The notes below the pieces were generated by a model. It saw only the letters and a program-made list of their open reading frames with translations. It was not told where the DNA came from and did not search any database. Shown piece after piece: positions 31,101 through 46,100 of a DNA stretch of 64,000 nucleotides (position 1 is its first letter; the number at the start of each line of letters is the position of its first letter). Both the position numbers and the translations under genes were made by a program. Where the stretch lies: positions 28,892,001 to 28,956,000 of the forward strand of contig OZ024742.1 in NCBI GenBank assembly GCA_964016885.1, given 5' to 3'. Source of the stretch: Eledone cirrhosa (lineage: Eukaryota).

Positions 31101-34100
31101 ACCACAGTCAGTTGTATCTACCAATACATGCCACGTCTTGAGACACATGAAGCAGCCAAAGTGGTCCAATGACCACAGTCAGTTGTATCTACCAATACAT
31201 CCCACGTCTTGAGACACATGAAGCAGCCAAAGTGGTCCAATGACCACAGTCAGTTGTATCTACCAATACATGCCACGTCTTGAGAAACATGAGGCAGCCA
31301 AAGTGGTCCAATGACCACAGTCAGTTGTATCTACCAATACATGCCACGTCTTAAGACACATGAGGCAGCCAAAGTGGTCCAATGACCACAGTCAGTTGTA
31401 TCTACCAATACATCCCACGTCTTGAGACACATGAAGCAGCCAAAGTGGTCCAATGACCACAGTCAGTTGTATCTACCAATACATGCCACGTCTTGAGACA
31501 CATGAGGCAGCCAAAGTGGTCCAATGACCACAGTCAGTTGTATCTACCAATACATCCCATGTCTTGAGACACATGAAGCAACCAAAGTGGTCCAATGACC
31601 ACAGTCAGTTGTATCTACCAATACATCCCACGTCTTGAGAAACATGAGGCAGCCAAAGTGGTCCAATGACCACAGTCAGTTGCATCTACCAATACATCCC
31701 ACGTCTTGAGAAACATGAGGCAGCCAAAGTGGTCCAATGACCACAGTCAGTTGTATCTACCAATACATCCCACGTCTTGAGACACATGAGGCAGCCAAAG
31801 TGGTCCAATGACCACAGTCAGTTGTATCTACCAATACATCTCATGTCTTGAGACACATGAAGCAGCCAAAGTGGTCCAATGACCACAGTCAGTTGTATCT
31901 ACCAATACATCCCACGTCTTGAGACACATGAAGCAGCCAAAGTGGTCCAATGACAACAGTCAGTTGTATCTACCAATACATGCCACGTCATGAGACACAT
32001 GAGGCAGCCAAAGTGGTCCAATGACCACAGTCAGTTGTATCTACCAATACATGCCACGTCTTGAGACACATGAGGCAGCCAAAGTGGTCCAATGACCACA
32101 GTCAGTTGTATCTACCAATACATCCCACGTGTTGAGACACATGAGGCAGCCAAAGTGGTCCAATGACCACAGTCAAATGTATCTACCAATACATCCCACG
32201 TCTTGAGACACATGAGGCAGCCAAAGTGGTCCAATGACCACAGTCAGTTGTATCTACCAATACATCCCACGTCTTGAGACACATGAGGCAGCCAAAGTGG
32301 TCCAATGACCACAGTCAGTTGTATCTACCAATACATGCCACGTCTTGAGACACATGAGGCTGCCAAAGTGGTCCAATGACCACAGTCAGTTGTATCTACC
32401 AATACATCCCACGTCTTGAGACACATGAGGCAGCCAAAGTGGTCCAATGACCACAGTCAGTTGTATCTACCAATACATGACACGTCTTGAGACACATGAG
32501 GCAGCCAAAGTGGTCCAATGACCACAGTCAGTTGTATCTACCTCTACATCCCACGTCTTGAGACACATGAAGCAGCCAAAGTGGTCCAATGACCACAGTC
32601 AGTTGTATCTACCAATACATGCCACGTCTTGAGAAACATGAGGCAGCCAAAGTGGTCCAATGACCACAGTCAGTTGTATCTACCAATACATGCCACGTCT
32701 TGAGACACATGAGGCAGCCAAAGTGGTCCAATGACCACAGTCAGTTGTATCTACCAATACATCCCATGTCTTGAGACACATGAAGCAACCAAAGTGGTCC
32801 AATGACCACAGTCAGTTGTATCTACCAATACATCCCACGTCTTGAGAAACATGAGGCAGCCAAAGTGGTCCAATGACCACAGTCAGTTGCATCTACCAAT
32901 ACATCCCACGTCTTGAGAAACATGAGGCAGCCAAAGTGGTCCAATGACCACAGTCAGTTGTATCTACCAATACATCCCACGTCTTGAGACACATGAGGCA
33001 GCCAAAGTGGTCCAATGACCACAGTCAGTTGTATCTACCAATACATCTCATGTCTTGAGACACATGAAGCAGCCAAAGTGGTCCAATGACCACAGTCAGT
33101 TGTATCTACCAATACATCCCACGTCTTGAGACACATGAAGCAGCCAAAGTGGTCCAATGACAACAGTCAGTTGTATCTACCAATACATGCCACGTCATGA
33201 GACACATGAGGCAGCCAAAGTGGTCCAATGACCACAGTCAGTTGTATCTACCAATACATGCCACGTCTTGAGACACATGAGGCTGCCAAAGTGGTCCAAT
33301 GACCACAGTCAGTTGTATCTACCAATACATCCCACGTCTTGAGACACATGAGGCAGCCAAAGTGGTCCAATGACCACAGTCAGTTGTATCTACCAATACA
33401 TGACACGTCTTGAGACACATGAGGCAGCCAAAGTGGTCCAATGACCACAGTCAGTTGTATCTACCAATACATCCCACGTCTTGAGACACATGAAGCAGCC
33501 AAAGTGGTCCAATGACCACAGTCAGTTGTATCTACCAATACATGCCACGTCTTGAGAAACATGAGGCAGACAAAGTGGTCCAATGACCACAGTCAGTTGT
33601 ATCTACCAATACATGCCACGTCTTGAGACACATGAGGCAGCCAAAGTGGTCCAATGACCACAGTCAGTTGTATCTACCAATACATCCCACGTCTTGAGAC
33701 ACATGAGGCAGCCAAAGTGGTCCAATGACCACAGTCAGTTGTATCTACCAATACATCCCACGTCTTGAGACACATGAGGCAGCCAAAGTGGTCCAATGAC
33801 CACATTCAGTTGTATCTACCAATACATCCCACGTCTTGAGACACATGAGGCAGCCAAAGTGGTCCAATGACCACAGTCAGTTGTATCTACCAATACATCC
33901 CACGTCTTGAGACACATCAGGCAGCCAAAGTGGTCCAATGACCACAGTCAGTGGTATCTACCAATACATGCCACGTCTTGAGACACATGAAGCAGCCAAA
34001 GTGGTCCAATGACCACAGTCAGTTGTATCTACCAATACATCCCACGTCTTGAGACACATGAAGCAGCCAAAGTGGTCCAATGACCACAGTCAGTTGTATC

Positions 34101-37100
34101 TACCAATACATGCCACGTCTTGAGACACATGAGGCAGCCAAAGTGGTCCAATGACCACAGTCAGTTGTATCTACCAATACATGCCACGTCTTGAGACACA
34201 TGAGGCAGCCAAAGTGGTCCAATGACCACAGTCAGTTGTATCTACCAATACATCCCACGTCTTGAGACACATGAGGCAGCCAAAGTGGTCCAATGACCAC
34301 AGTCAGTTGTATCTACCAATACATCCCACGTCTTGAGACACATGAGGCAGCCAAAGTGGTCCAATGACCACATTCAGTTGTATCTACCAATACATCCCAC
34401 GTCTTGAGACACATGAGGCAGTCAAAGGGGTCCAATGACCACAGTCAGTTGTATCTACCAATACATCCCACGTCTTGAGATACATGAGGCAGCCAAAGTG
34501 GTCCAATGACCACAGTCAGTTGTATCTACCAATACATGCCACGTATTGAGACACATGAGGCAGCCAAAGTGTTTCAATGACCACAGTCAGTTGTATCTAC
34601 CAATACATCCCACGTCTTGAGACACATGAAGCAGCCAAAGTGGTCCAATGACCACAGTCAGTTGTATCTACCAATACATCCCACGTCTTGAGACACATGA
34701 AGCAGCGAAAGTGGTCCAATGACCACAGTCAGTTGTATCTACCAATACATGCCACGTCTTGAGACACATGAGGCAGCCAAAGTGGTCCAATGACCACAGT
34801 CAGTTGTATCTACCAATACATCCCATGTCTTGAGACACATGAAGCAACCAAAGTGGTCCAATGACCACAGTCAGTTGTATCTACCAATACATCCCACGTC
34901 TTGAGAAACATGAGGCAGCCAAAGTGGTCCAATGACCACAGTCAGTTGCATCTACCAATACATCCCACGTCTTGAGAAACATGAGGCAGCCAAAGTGGTC
35001 CAATGACCACAGTCAGTTGTATCTACCAATACATCCCACGTCTTGAGACACATGAGGCAGCCAAAGTGGTCCAATGACCACAGTCAGTTGTATCTACCAA
35101 TACATCTCATGTCTTGAGACACATGAAGCAGCCAAAGTGGTCCAGTGACCACAGTCAGTTGTATCTACCAATACATCCCACGTCTTGAGACACATGAAGC
35201 AGCCAAAGTGGTCCAATGACCACAGTCAGTTGTATCTACCAATACATCCCACGTCTTGAGACACATGAAGCAGCCAAAGTGGTCCAATGACAACAGTCAG
35301 TTGTATCTACCAATACATGCCACGTCATGAGACACATGAGGCAGCCAAAGTGGTCCAATGACCACAGTCAGTTGTATCTACCAATACATGCCACGTCTTG
35401 AGACACATGAGGCTGCCAAAGTGGTCCAATGACCACAGTCAGTTGTATCTACCAATACATCCCACGTCTTGAGACACATGAGGCAGCCAAAGTGGTCCAA
35501 TGACCACAGTCAGTTGTATCTACCAATACATGACACGTCTTGAGACACATGAGGCAGCCAAAGTGGTCCAATGACCACAGTCAGTTGTATCTACCAATAC
35601 ATCCCACGTCTTGAGACACATGAAGCAGCCAAAGTGGTCCAATGACCACAGTCAGTTGTATCTACCAATACATGCCACGTCTTGAGAAACATGAGGCAGA
35701 CAAAGTGGTCCAATGACCACAGTCAGTTGTATCTACCAATACATGCCACGTCTTGAGACACATGAGGCAGCCAAAGTGGTCCAATGACCACAGTCAGTTG
35801 TATCTACCAATACATCCCACGTCTTGAGACACATGAGGCAGCCAAAGTGGTCCAATAACCACAGTCAGTTGTATCTACCAATACATCCCACGTCTTGAGA
35901 CACATGAGGCAGCCAAAGTGGTCCAATGACCACATTCAGTTGTATCTACCAATACATCCCACGTCTTGAGACACATGAAGCAGCCAAAGTGGTCCAATGA
36001 CCACAGTCAGTTGTATCTACCAATACATCCCACGTCTTGAGACACATGAGGCAGCCAAAGTGGTCCAATGACCACATTCAGTTGTATCTACCAATACATC
36101 CCACGTCTTGAGACACATGAGGCAGTCAAAGGGGTCCAATGACCACAGTCAGTTGTATCTACCAATACATCCCACGTCTTGAGATACATGAGGCAGCCAA
36201 AGTGGTCCAATGACCACAGTCAGTTGTATCTACCAATACATGCCACGTATTGAGACACATGAGGCAGCCAAAGTGTTTCAATGACCACAGTCAGTTGTAT
36301 CTACCAATACATCCCACGTCTTGAGACACATGAAGCAGCCAAAGTGGTCCAATGACCACAGTCAGTTGTATCTACCAATACATCCCACGTCTTGAGACAC
36401 ATGAAGCAGCGAAAGTGGTCCAATGACCACAGTCAGTTGTATCTACCAATACATGCCACGTCTTGAGACACATGAGGCAGCCAAAGTGGTCCAATGACCA
36501 CAGTCAGTTGTATCTACCAATACATCCCATGTCTTGAGACACATGAAGCAACCAAAGTGGTCCAATGACCACAGTCAGTTGTATCTACCAATACATCCCA
36601 CGTCTTGAGAAACATGAGGCAGCCAAAGTGGTCCAATGACCACAGTCAGTTGCATCTACCAATACATCCCACGTCTTGAGAAACATGAGGCAGCCAAAGT
36701 GGTCCAATGACCACAGTCAGTTGTATCTACCAATACATCCCACGTCTTGAGACACATGAGGCAGCCAAAGTGGTCCAATGACCACAGTCAGTTGTATCTA
36801 CCAATACATCTCATGTCTTGAGACACATGAAGCAGCCAAAGTGGTCCAGTGACCACAGTCAGTTGTATCTACCAATACATCCCACGTCTTGAGACACATG
36901 AAGCAGCCAAAGTGGTCCAATGACCACAGTCAGTTGTATCTACCAATACATGCCACGTCATGAGACACATGAGGCAGCCAAAGTGGTCCAATGACCACAG
37001 TCAGTTGTATCTACCAATACATGCCACGTCTTGAGACACATGAGGCTGCCAAAGTGGTCCAATGACCACAGTCAGTTGTATCTACCAATACATCCCACGT

Positions 37101-40100
37101 CTTGAGACACATGAGGCAGCCAAAGTGGTCCAATGACCACAGTCAGTTGTATCTACCAATACATGACACGTCTTGAGACACATGAGGCAGCCAAAGTGGT
37201 CCAATGACCACAGTCAGTTGTATCTACCTCTACATCCCACGTCTTGAGACACATGAAGCAGCCAAAGTGGTCCAATGACCACAGTCAGTTGTATCTACCA
37301 ATACATGCCACGTCTTGAGAAACATGAGGCAGCCAAAGTGGTCCAATGACCACAGTCAGTTGTATCTACCAATACATGCCACGTCTTGAGACACATGAGG
37401 CAGCCAAAGTGGTCCAATGACCACAGTCAGTTGTATCTACCAATACATCCCACGTCTTGAGACACATGAGGCAGCCAAAGTGGTCCAATGACCACAGTCA
37501 GTTGTATCTACCAATACATCCCACGTCTTGAGACACATGAGGCAGCCAAAGTGGTCCAATGACCACAGTCAGTGGTATCTACCAATACATGCCACGTCTT
37601 GAGACACATGAAGCAGCCAAAGTGGTCCAATGACCACAGTCAGTTGTATCTACCAATACATCCCACGTCTTGAGACACATGAAGCAGCCAAAGTGGTCCA
37701 ATGACCACAGTCAGTTGTATCTACCAATACATGCCACGTCTTGAGACACATGAGGCAGCCAAAGTGGTCCAATGACCACAGTCAGTTGTATCTACCAATA
37801 CATGCCACGTCTTGAGACACATGAGGCTGCCAAAGTGGTCCAATGACCACAGTCAGTTGTATCTACCAATACATCCCACGTCTTAAGACACATGAGGCAG
37901 CCAAAGTGGTCCAGTGACCACAGTCAGTTGTATCTACCAATACATGCCACGTCTTGAGACACATGAGGCAGCCAAAGTGGTCCAATGACCACAGTCAGTT
38001 GTATCTACCAATACATCCCACGTCTTGCGACACATGAAGCAGCCAAAGTGGTCCAATGACCACAGTCAGTTGTATCTACCAATACATGCCACGTCTTGAG
38101 AAACATGAGGCAGCCAAAGTGGTCCAGTGACCACAGTCAGTTGTATCTACCAATACATCCCACGTCTTGAGACACATGAGGCAGCCAAAGTGGTCCAATG
38201 ACCACAGTCAGTTGTATCTACCAATACATGCCACGTCTTGAGAAACATGAGGCAGCCAAAGTGGTCCAATGACCACAGTCAGTTGTATCTACCAATACAT
38301 CCCACGTCTTGAGACACATGAGGCATCCAAAGTGGTCCAATGACCACAGTCAAATGTATCTACCAATACATCCCACGTCTTGAGACACATGAGGCAGCCA
38401 AAGTGGTCCAATGACCACAGTCAGTTGTATCTACCAATACATGCCACGTCTTGAGAAACATGAGGCAGCCAAAGTGGTCCAATGACCACAGTCAGTTGTA
38501 TCTACCAATACATCCCACGTCTTGAGACACATGAGGCAGCCAAAGTGGTCCAATGACCACAGTCAAATGTATCTACCAATACATCCCACGTCTTGAGACA
38601 CATGAGGCAGCCAAAGTGGTCCAATGACCACAGTCAGTTGTATCTACCAATACATCCCACGTCTTGAGACACATGAGGCAGCCAAAGTGGTCCAATGACC
38701 ACAGTCAGTTGTATCTACCAATACATGCCACGTCTTGAGACACATGAAGCAGCCAAAGTGGTCCAATGACCACAGTCAGTTGTATCTACCAATACATCCC
38801 ACGTCTTGAGACACATGAAGCAGCCAAAGTGGTCCAATGACCACAGTCAGTTGTATCTACCAATACATGCCACGTCTTGAGAAACATGAGGCAGCCAAAG
38901 TGGTCCAATGACCACAGTCAGTTGTATCTACCAATACATGCCACGTCTTAAGACACATGAGGCAGCCAAAGTGGTCCAATGACCACAGTCAGTTGTATCT
39001 ACCAATACATCCCACGTCTTGAGACACATGAGGCAGCTAAAGTGGTCCAATGACCACAGTCAGTTGTATCTACCAATACATGCCACGTCTTGAGACACAC
39101 GAGGCAGCCAAAGTGGTCCAATGACCACAGTCAGTTGTATCTACCAATACATCCCACGTCTTGAGACACATGAGGCAGCCAAAGTGGTCCAATGACCACA
39201 GTCAGTTGTATCTACCAATACATCCCACGTCTTGAGACACATGAGGCAGCCAAAGTGGTCCAATGACCACAGTCAGTTGTATCTACCAATACATCCCACG
39301 TCTTGAGACACATGAGGCAGCCAAAGTGGTCCAATGACCACAGTCAGTTGTATCTACCAATACATCCCACGTCTTCAGACACATGAGGCAGCCAAAGTGG
39401 TCCAATGACCACAGTCAGTTGTATCTACCAATACATGCCACGTATTGAGACACATGAGGCAGCCAAAGTGGTCCAATGACCACAGTCAGTTGTATCTACC
39501 AATACATCCCACGTCTTGAGACACATGAAGCAGCCAAAGTGGTCCAATGACCACAGTCAGTTGTATCTACCAATACATCCCACGTCTTGAGACACATGAA
39601 GCAGCCAAAGTGGTCCAATGACCACAGTCAGTTGTATCTACCAATACATGCCACGTCTTGAGAAACATGAGGCAGCCAAAGTGGTCCAGTGACCACAGTC
39701 AGTTGTATCTACCAATACATCCCACGTCTTGAGACACATGAGGCAGCCAAAGTGGTCCAGTGACCACAGTCAGTTGTATCTACCAATACATGCCACGTCT
39801 TGAGACACATGAGGCAGCCAAAGTGGTCCAATGACCACAGTCAGTTGTATCTACCAATACATCCCACGTCTTGCGACACATGAAGCAGCCAAAGTGGTCC
39901 AATGACCACAGTCAGTTGTATCTACCAATACATGCCACGTCTTGAGAAACATGAGGCAGCCAAAGTGGTCCAGTGACCACAGTCAGTTGTATCTACCAAT
40001 ACATCCCACGTCTTGAGACACATGAGGCAGCCAAAGTGGTCCAATGACCACAGTCAGTTGTATCTACCAATACATGCCACGTCTTGAGAAACATGAGGCA

Positions 40101-43100
40101 GCCAAAGTGGTCCAATGACCACAGTCAGTTGTATCTACCAATACATCCCACGTCTTGAGACACATGAGGCATCCAAATTGGTCCAATGACCACAGTCAGT
40201 TGTATCTACCAATACATCCCACGTCTTGAGACACATGAGGCATCCAAAGTGGTCCAATGACCACAGTCAAATGTATCTACCAATACATCCCACGTCTTGA
40301 GACACATGAGGCAGCCAAAGTGGTCCAATGACCACAGTCAGTTGTATCTACCAATACATGCCACGTCTTGAGAAACATGAGGCAGCCAAAGTGGTCCAAT
40401 GACCACAGTCAGTTGTATCTACCAATACATCCCACGTCTTGAGACACATGAGGCAGCCAAAGTGGTCCAATGACCACAGTCAAATGTATCTACCAATACA
40501 TCCCACGTCTTGAGACACATGAGGCAGCCAAAGTGGTCCAATGACCACAGTCAGTTGTATCTACCAATACATCCCACGTCTTGAGACACATGAGGCAGCC
40601 AAAGTGGTCCAATGACCACAGTCAGTTGTATCTACCAATACATGCCACGTCTTGAGACACATGAAGCAGCCAAAGTGGTCCAATGACCACAGTCAGTTGT
40701 ATCTACCAATACATCCCACGTCTTGAGACACATGAAGCAGCCAAAGTGGTCCAATGACCACAGTCAGTTGTATCTACCAATACATGCCACGTCTTGAGAA
40801 ACATGAGGCAGCCAAAGTGGTCCAATGACCACAGTCAGTTGTATCTACCAATACATGCCACGTCTTGAGAAACATGAGGCAGCCAAAGTGGTCCAATGAC
40901 CACAGTCAGTTGTATCTACCAATACATCCCACGTCTTGCGACACATGAAGCAGCCAAAGTGGTCCAATGACCACAGTCAGTTGTATCTACCAATACATGC
41001 CACGTCTTGAGAAACATGAGGCAGCCAAAGTGGTCCAGTGACCACAGTCAGTTGTATCTACCAATACATCCCACGTCTTGAGACACATGAGGCAGCCAAA
41101 GTGGTCCAATGACCACAGTCAGTTGTATCTACCAATACATGCCACGTCTTGAGAAACATGAGGCAGCCAAAGTGGTCCAATGACCACAGTCAGTTGTATC
41201 TACCAATACATCCCACGTCTTGAGACACATGAGGCATCCAAAGTGGTCCAATGACCACAGTCAAATGTATCTACCAATACATCCCACGTCTTGAGACACA
41301 TGAGGCAGCCAAAGTGGTCCAATGACCACAGTCAGTTGTATCTACCAATACATGCCACGTCTTGAGAAACATGAGGCAGCCAAAGTGGTCCAATGACCAC
41401 AGTCAGTTGTATCTACCAATACATCCCACGTCTTGAGACACATGAGGCAGCCAAAGTGGTCCAATGACCACAGTCAAATGTATCTACCAATACATCCCAC
41501 GTCTTGAGACACATGAGGCAGCCAAAGTGGTCCAATGACCACAGTCAGTTGTATCTACCAATACATCCCACGTCTTGAGACACATGAGGCAGCCAAAGTG
41601 GTCCAATGACCACAGTCAGTTGTATCTACCAATACATGCCACGTCTTGAGACACATGAAGCAGCCAAAGTGGTCCAATGACCACAGTCAGTTGTATCTAC
41701 CAATACATCCCACGTCTTGAGACACATGAAGCAGCCAAAGTGGTCCAATGACCACAGTCAGTTGTATCTACCAATACATGCCACGTCTTGAGAAACATGA
41801 GGCAGCCAAAGTGGTCCAATGACCACAGTCAGTTGTATCTACCAATACATGCCACGTCTTAAGACACATGAGGCAGCCAAAGTGGTCCAATGACCACAGT
41901 CAGTTGTATCTACCAATACATCCCACGTCTTGAGACACATGAGGCAGCTAAAGTGGTCCAATGACCACAGTCAGTTGTATCTACCAATACATGCCACGTC
42001 TTGAGACACACGAGGCAGCCAAAGTGGTCCAATGACCACAGTCAGTTGTATCTACCAATACATCCCACGTCTTGAGACACATGAAGCAGCCAAAGTGGTC
42101 CAATGACCACAGTCAGTTGTATCTACCAATACATCCCACGTCTTGAGACACATGAGGCATCCAAAGTGGTCCAATGACCACAGTCAAATGTATCTACCAA
42201 TACATCCCACGTCTTGAGACACATGAGGCAGCCAAAGTGGTCCAATGACCACAGTCAGTTGTATCTACCAATACATGCCACGTCTTGAGAAACATGAGGC
42301 AGCCAAAGTGGTCCAATGACCACAGTCAGTTGTATCTACCAATACATCCCACGTCTTGAGACACATGAGGCAGCCAAAGTGGTCCAATGACCACAGTCAA
42401 ATGTATCTACCAATACATCCCACGTCTTGAGACACATGAGGCAGCCAAAGTGGTCCAATGACCACAGTCAGTTGTATCTACCAATACATCCCACGTCTTG
42501 AGACACATGAGGCAGCCAAAGTGGTCCAATGACCACAGTCAGTTGTATCTACCAATACATGCCACGTCTTGAGACACATGAAGCAGCCAAAGTGGTCCAA
42601 TGACCACAGTCAGTTGTATCTACCAATACATCCCACGTCTTGAGACACATGAAGCAGCCAAAGTGGTCCAATGACCACAGTCAGTTGTATCTACCAATAC
42701 ATGCCACGTCTTGAGAAACATGAGGCAGCCAAAGTGGTCCAATGACCACAGTCAGTTGTATCTACCAATACATGCCACGTCTTAAGACACATGAGGCAGC
42801 CAAAGTGGTCCAATGACCACAGTCAGTTGTATCTACCAATACATCCCACGTCTTGAGACACATGAGGCAGCTAAAGTGGTCCAATGACCACAGTCAGTTG
42901 TATCTACCAATACATGCCACGTCTTGAGACACACGAGGCAGCCAAAGTGGTCCAATGACCACAGTCAGTTGTATCTACCAATACATCCCACGTCTTGAGA
43001 CACATGAGGCAGCCAAAGTGGTCCAATGACCACAGTCAGTTGTATCTACCAATACATCCCACGTCTTGAGACACATGAGGCAGCCAAAGTGGTCCAATGA

Positions 43101-46100
43101 CCACAGTCAGTTGTATCTACCAATACATCCCACGTCTTGAGACACATGAGGCAGCCAAAGTGGTCCAATGACCACAGTCAGTTGTATCTACCAATACATC
43201 CCACGTCTTCAGACACATGAGGCAGCCAAAGTGGTCCAATGACCACAGTCAGTTGTATCTACCAATACATGCCACGTATTGAGACACATGAGGCAGCCAA
43301 AGTGGTCCAATGACCACAGTCAGTTGTATCTACCAATACATCCCACGTCTTGAGACACATGAAGCAGCCAAAGTGGTCCAATGACCACAGTCAGTTGTAT
43401 CTACCAATACATCCCACGTCTTGAGACACATGAAGCAGCCAAAGTGGTCCAATGACCACAGTCAGTTGTATCTACCAATACATGCCACGTCTTGAGAAAC
43501 ATGAGGCAGCCAAAGTGGTCCAATGACCACAGTCAGTTGTATCTACCAATACATGCCACGTCTTGAGACACATGAGGCAGCCAAAGTGGTCCAATGACCA
43601 CAGTCAGTTGTATCTACCAATACATCCCACGTCTTGAGACACATGAGGCAGCCAAAGTGGTCCAATGACCACAGTCAGTTGTATCTACCAATACATCCCA
43701 CGTCTTGAGACACATGAGGCAGCCAAAGTGGTCCAATAACCACAGTCAGTTGTATCTACCAATACATCCCACGTCTTGAGACACATGAGGCAGCCAAAGT
43801 CGTCCAATGACCACAGTCAGTTGTATCTACCAATACATGCCACGTCTTGAGAAACATGAAGCAGCCAAAGTGGTCCAATGACCACACTCAGTTGTATCTA
43901 CCAATACATGCCACGTCTTGAGAAACATGAGGCAGCCAAAGTGCTCCAATGACCACAGTCAGTTGTATCTACCAATACATCCCACGTCTTGAGACACATG
44001 AGGCAGCCAAAGTGGTCCAATGACCACAGTCAGTTGTATCTACCAATACATCCCACGTCTTGAGACACATGAGGCAGCCAAAGTGGTCCAATGACCACAG
44101 TCAATTGTATCTACCAATACATCCCACGTCTTGAGACACATGAGGCAGCCAAAGTGGTCCAATGACCACAGTCAGTTGTATCTACCAATACATCCCACGT
44201 CTTGAGACACATGAGGCAGCCAAAGTGGTCCAATGACCACAGTCAGTTGTATCTACCAATACATGCCACGTCTTGAGACACATGAAGCAGCCAAAGTGGT
44301 CCAATGACCACAGTCAGTTGTATCTACCAATACATCCCACGTCTTGAGACACATGAAGCAGCCAAAGTGGTCCAATGACCACAGTCAGTTGTATCTACCA
44401 ATACATGCCACGTCTTGAGAAACATGAGGCAGCCAAAGTGGTCCAATGACCACAGTCAGTTGTATCTACCAATACATCCCATGTCTTGAGACACACGAGG
44501 CAGCCAAAGTGGTCCAATGACCACAGTCAGTTGTATCTACAAATACATCCCATGTCTTGAGACACATGAGGCAGCCAAAGTGGTCCAATGACCACAGTCA
44601 GTTGTATCTACCAATACATCCCACGTCTTGAGACACATGAGGCAGCCAAAGTGGTCCAATGACCACAGTCGGTTGTATCTACCAATACATCCCACGTCTT
44701 GAGACACATGAGGCAGCCAAAGTGGTCCAATAACCACAGTCAGTTGTATCTACCAATACATCCCACGTCATGAGACACATGAGGCAGCCAAAGTGGTCCA
44801 ATGACCACAGTCAGTTGTATCTACCAATACATCCCACGTCTTGAAACACATGAGGCAACCAAAGTGGTCCAATGACCACAGTCAGTTGTATCTACCAATA
44901 TATCCCACGTCTTGAGACACATGAGGCAGCCAAAGTGGTCCAATGACCACAGTCAGTTGTATCTACCAATACATCCCACGTCTTGAGACACATGAGGCAG
45001 CCAAAGTGGTCCAATGACCACAGTCAGTTGTATCTACCAATACATCCCACGTCTTGAGACACATGAGGCAGCCAAAGTGGTCTAATGACCACAGTCAGTT
45101 GTATCTACCAATACATGCCACGTATTGAGACACATGAGGCAGCCAAAGTGGTCCAATGACCACAGTCAGTTGTATCTACCAATACATCCCACGTCTTGAG
45201 ACACATGAAGCAGCCAAAGTGGTCCAATGACCACAGTCAGTTGTATCTACCAATACATCCCATGTCTTGAGACACATGAAGCAGCCAAAGTGGTCCAATG
45301 ACCACAGTCAGTTGTATCTACCAATACATGCCACGTCTTGAGAAACATGAGGCAGCCAAAGTGGTCCAATGACCACAGTCAGTTGTATCTACCAATACAT
45401 GCCACGTCTTGAGACACATGAGGCAGCCAAAGTGGTCGAATGACCACAGTCAGTTGTATCTACCAATACATCCCACGTCTTGAGACACATGAGGCAGCCA
45501 AAGTTGTCCAATGACCACAGTCAGTTGTATCTACCAATACATCCCACGTCTTGAGACACATGAGGCAGCCAAAGTGGTCCAATGACCACAGTCAGTTGTA
45601 TCTACCAATACATCCCACGTCTTCAGACATATGAGGCAGCCAAAGTGGTCCAATGACCACAGTCAATTGTATCTACCAATACATCCCACGTCTTGAGACA
45701 CATGAGGCAGCCAAAGTGGTCCAATGACCACAGTCAGTTGTATCTACCAATACATCCCACGTCTTGAGACACATGAGGCAGCCAAAGTGGTCCAATGACC
45801 ACAGTCAGTTGTATCTACCAATACATGCCACGTATTGAGACACATGAGGCAGCCAAAGTGGTCCAATGACCACAGTCAGTTGTATCTACCAATACATCCC
45901 ACGTCTTGAGACACATGAAGCAGCCAAAGTGGTCCAATGACCACAGACAGTTGTATCTACCAATACATCCCATGTCTTGAGACACACGAGGCAGCCAAAG
46001 TGGTCCAATGATCACAGTCAGTTGTATCTACCAATACATCCCATGTCTTTGGACACATGAGGCAGCCAAAGTGGTCCAATGACCACAGTCAGTTGTATCT

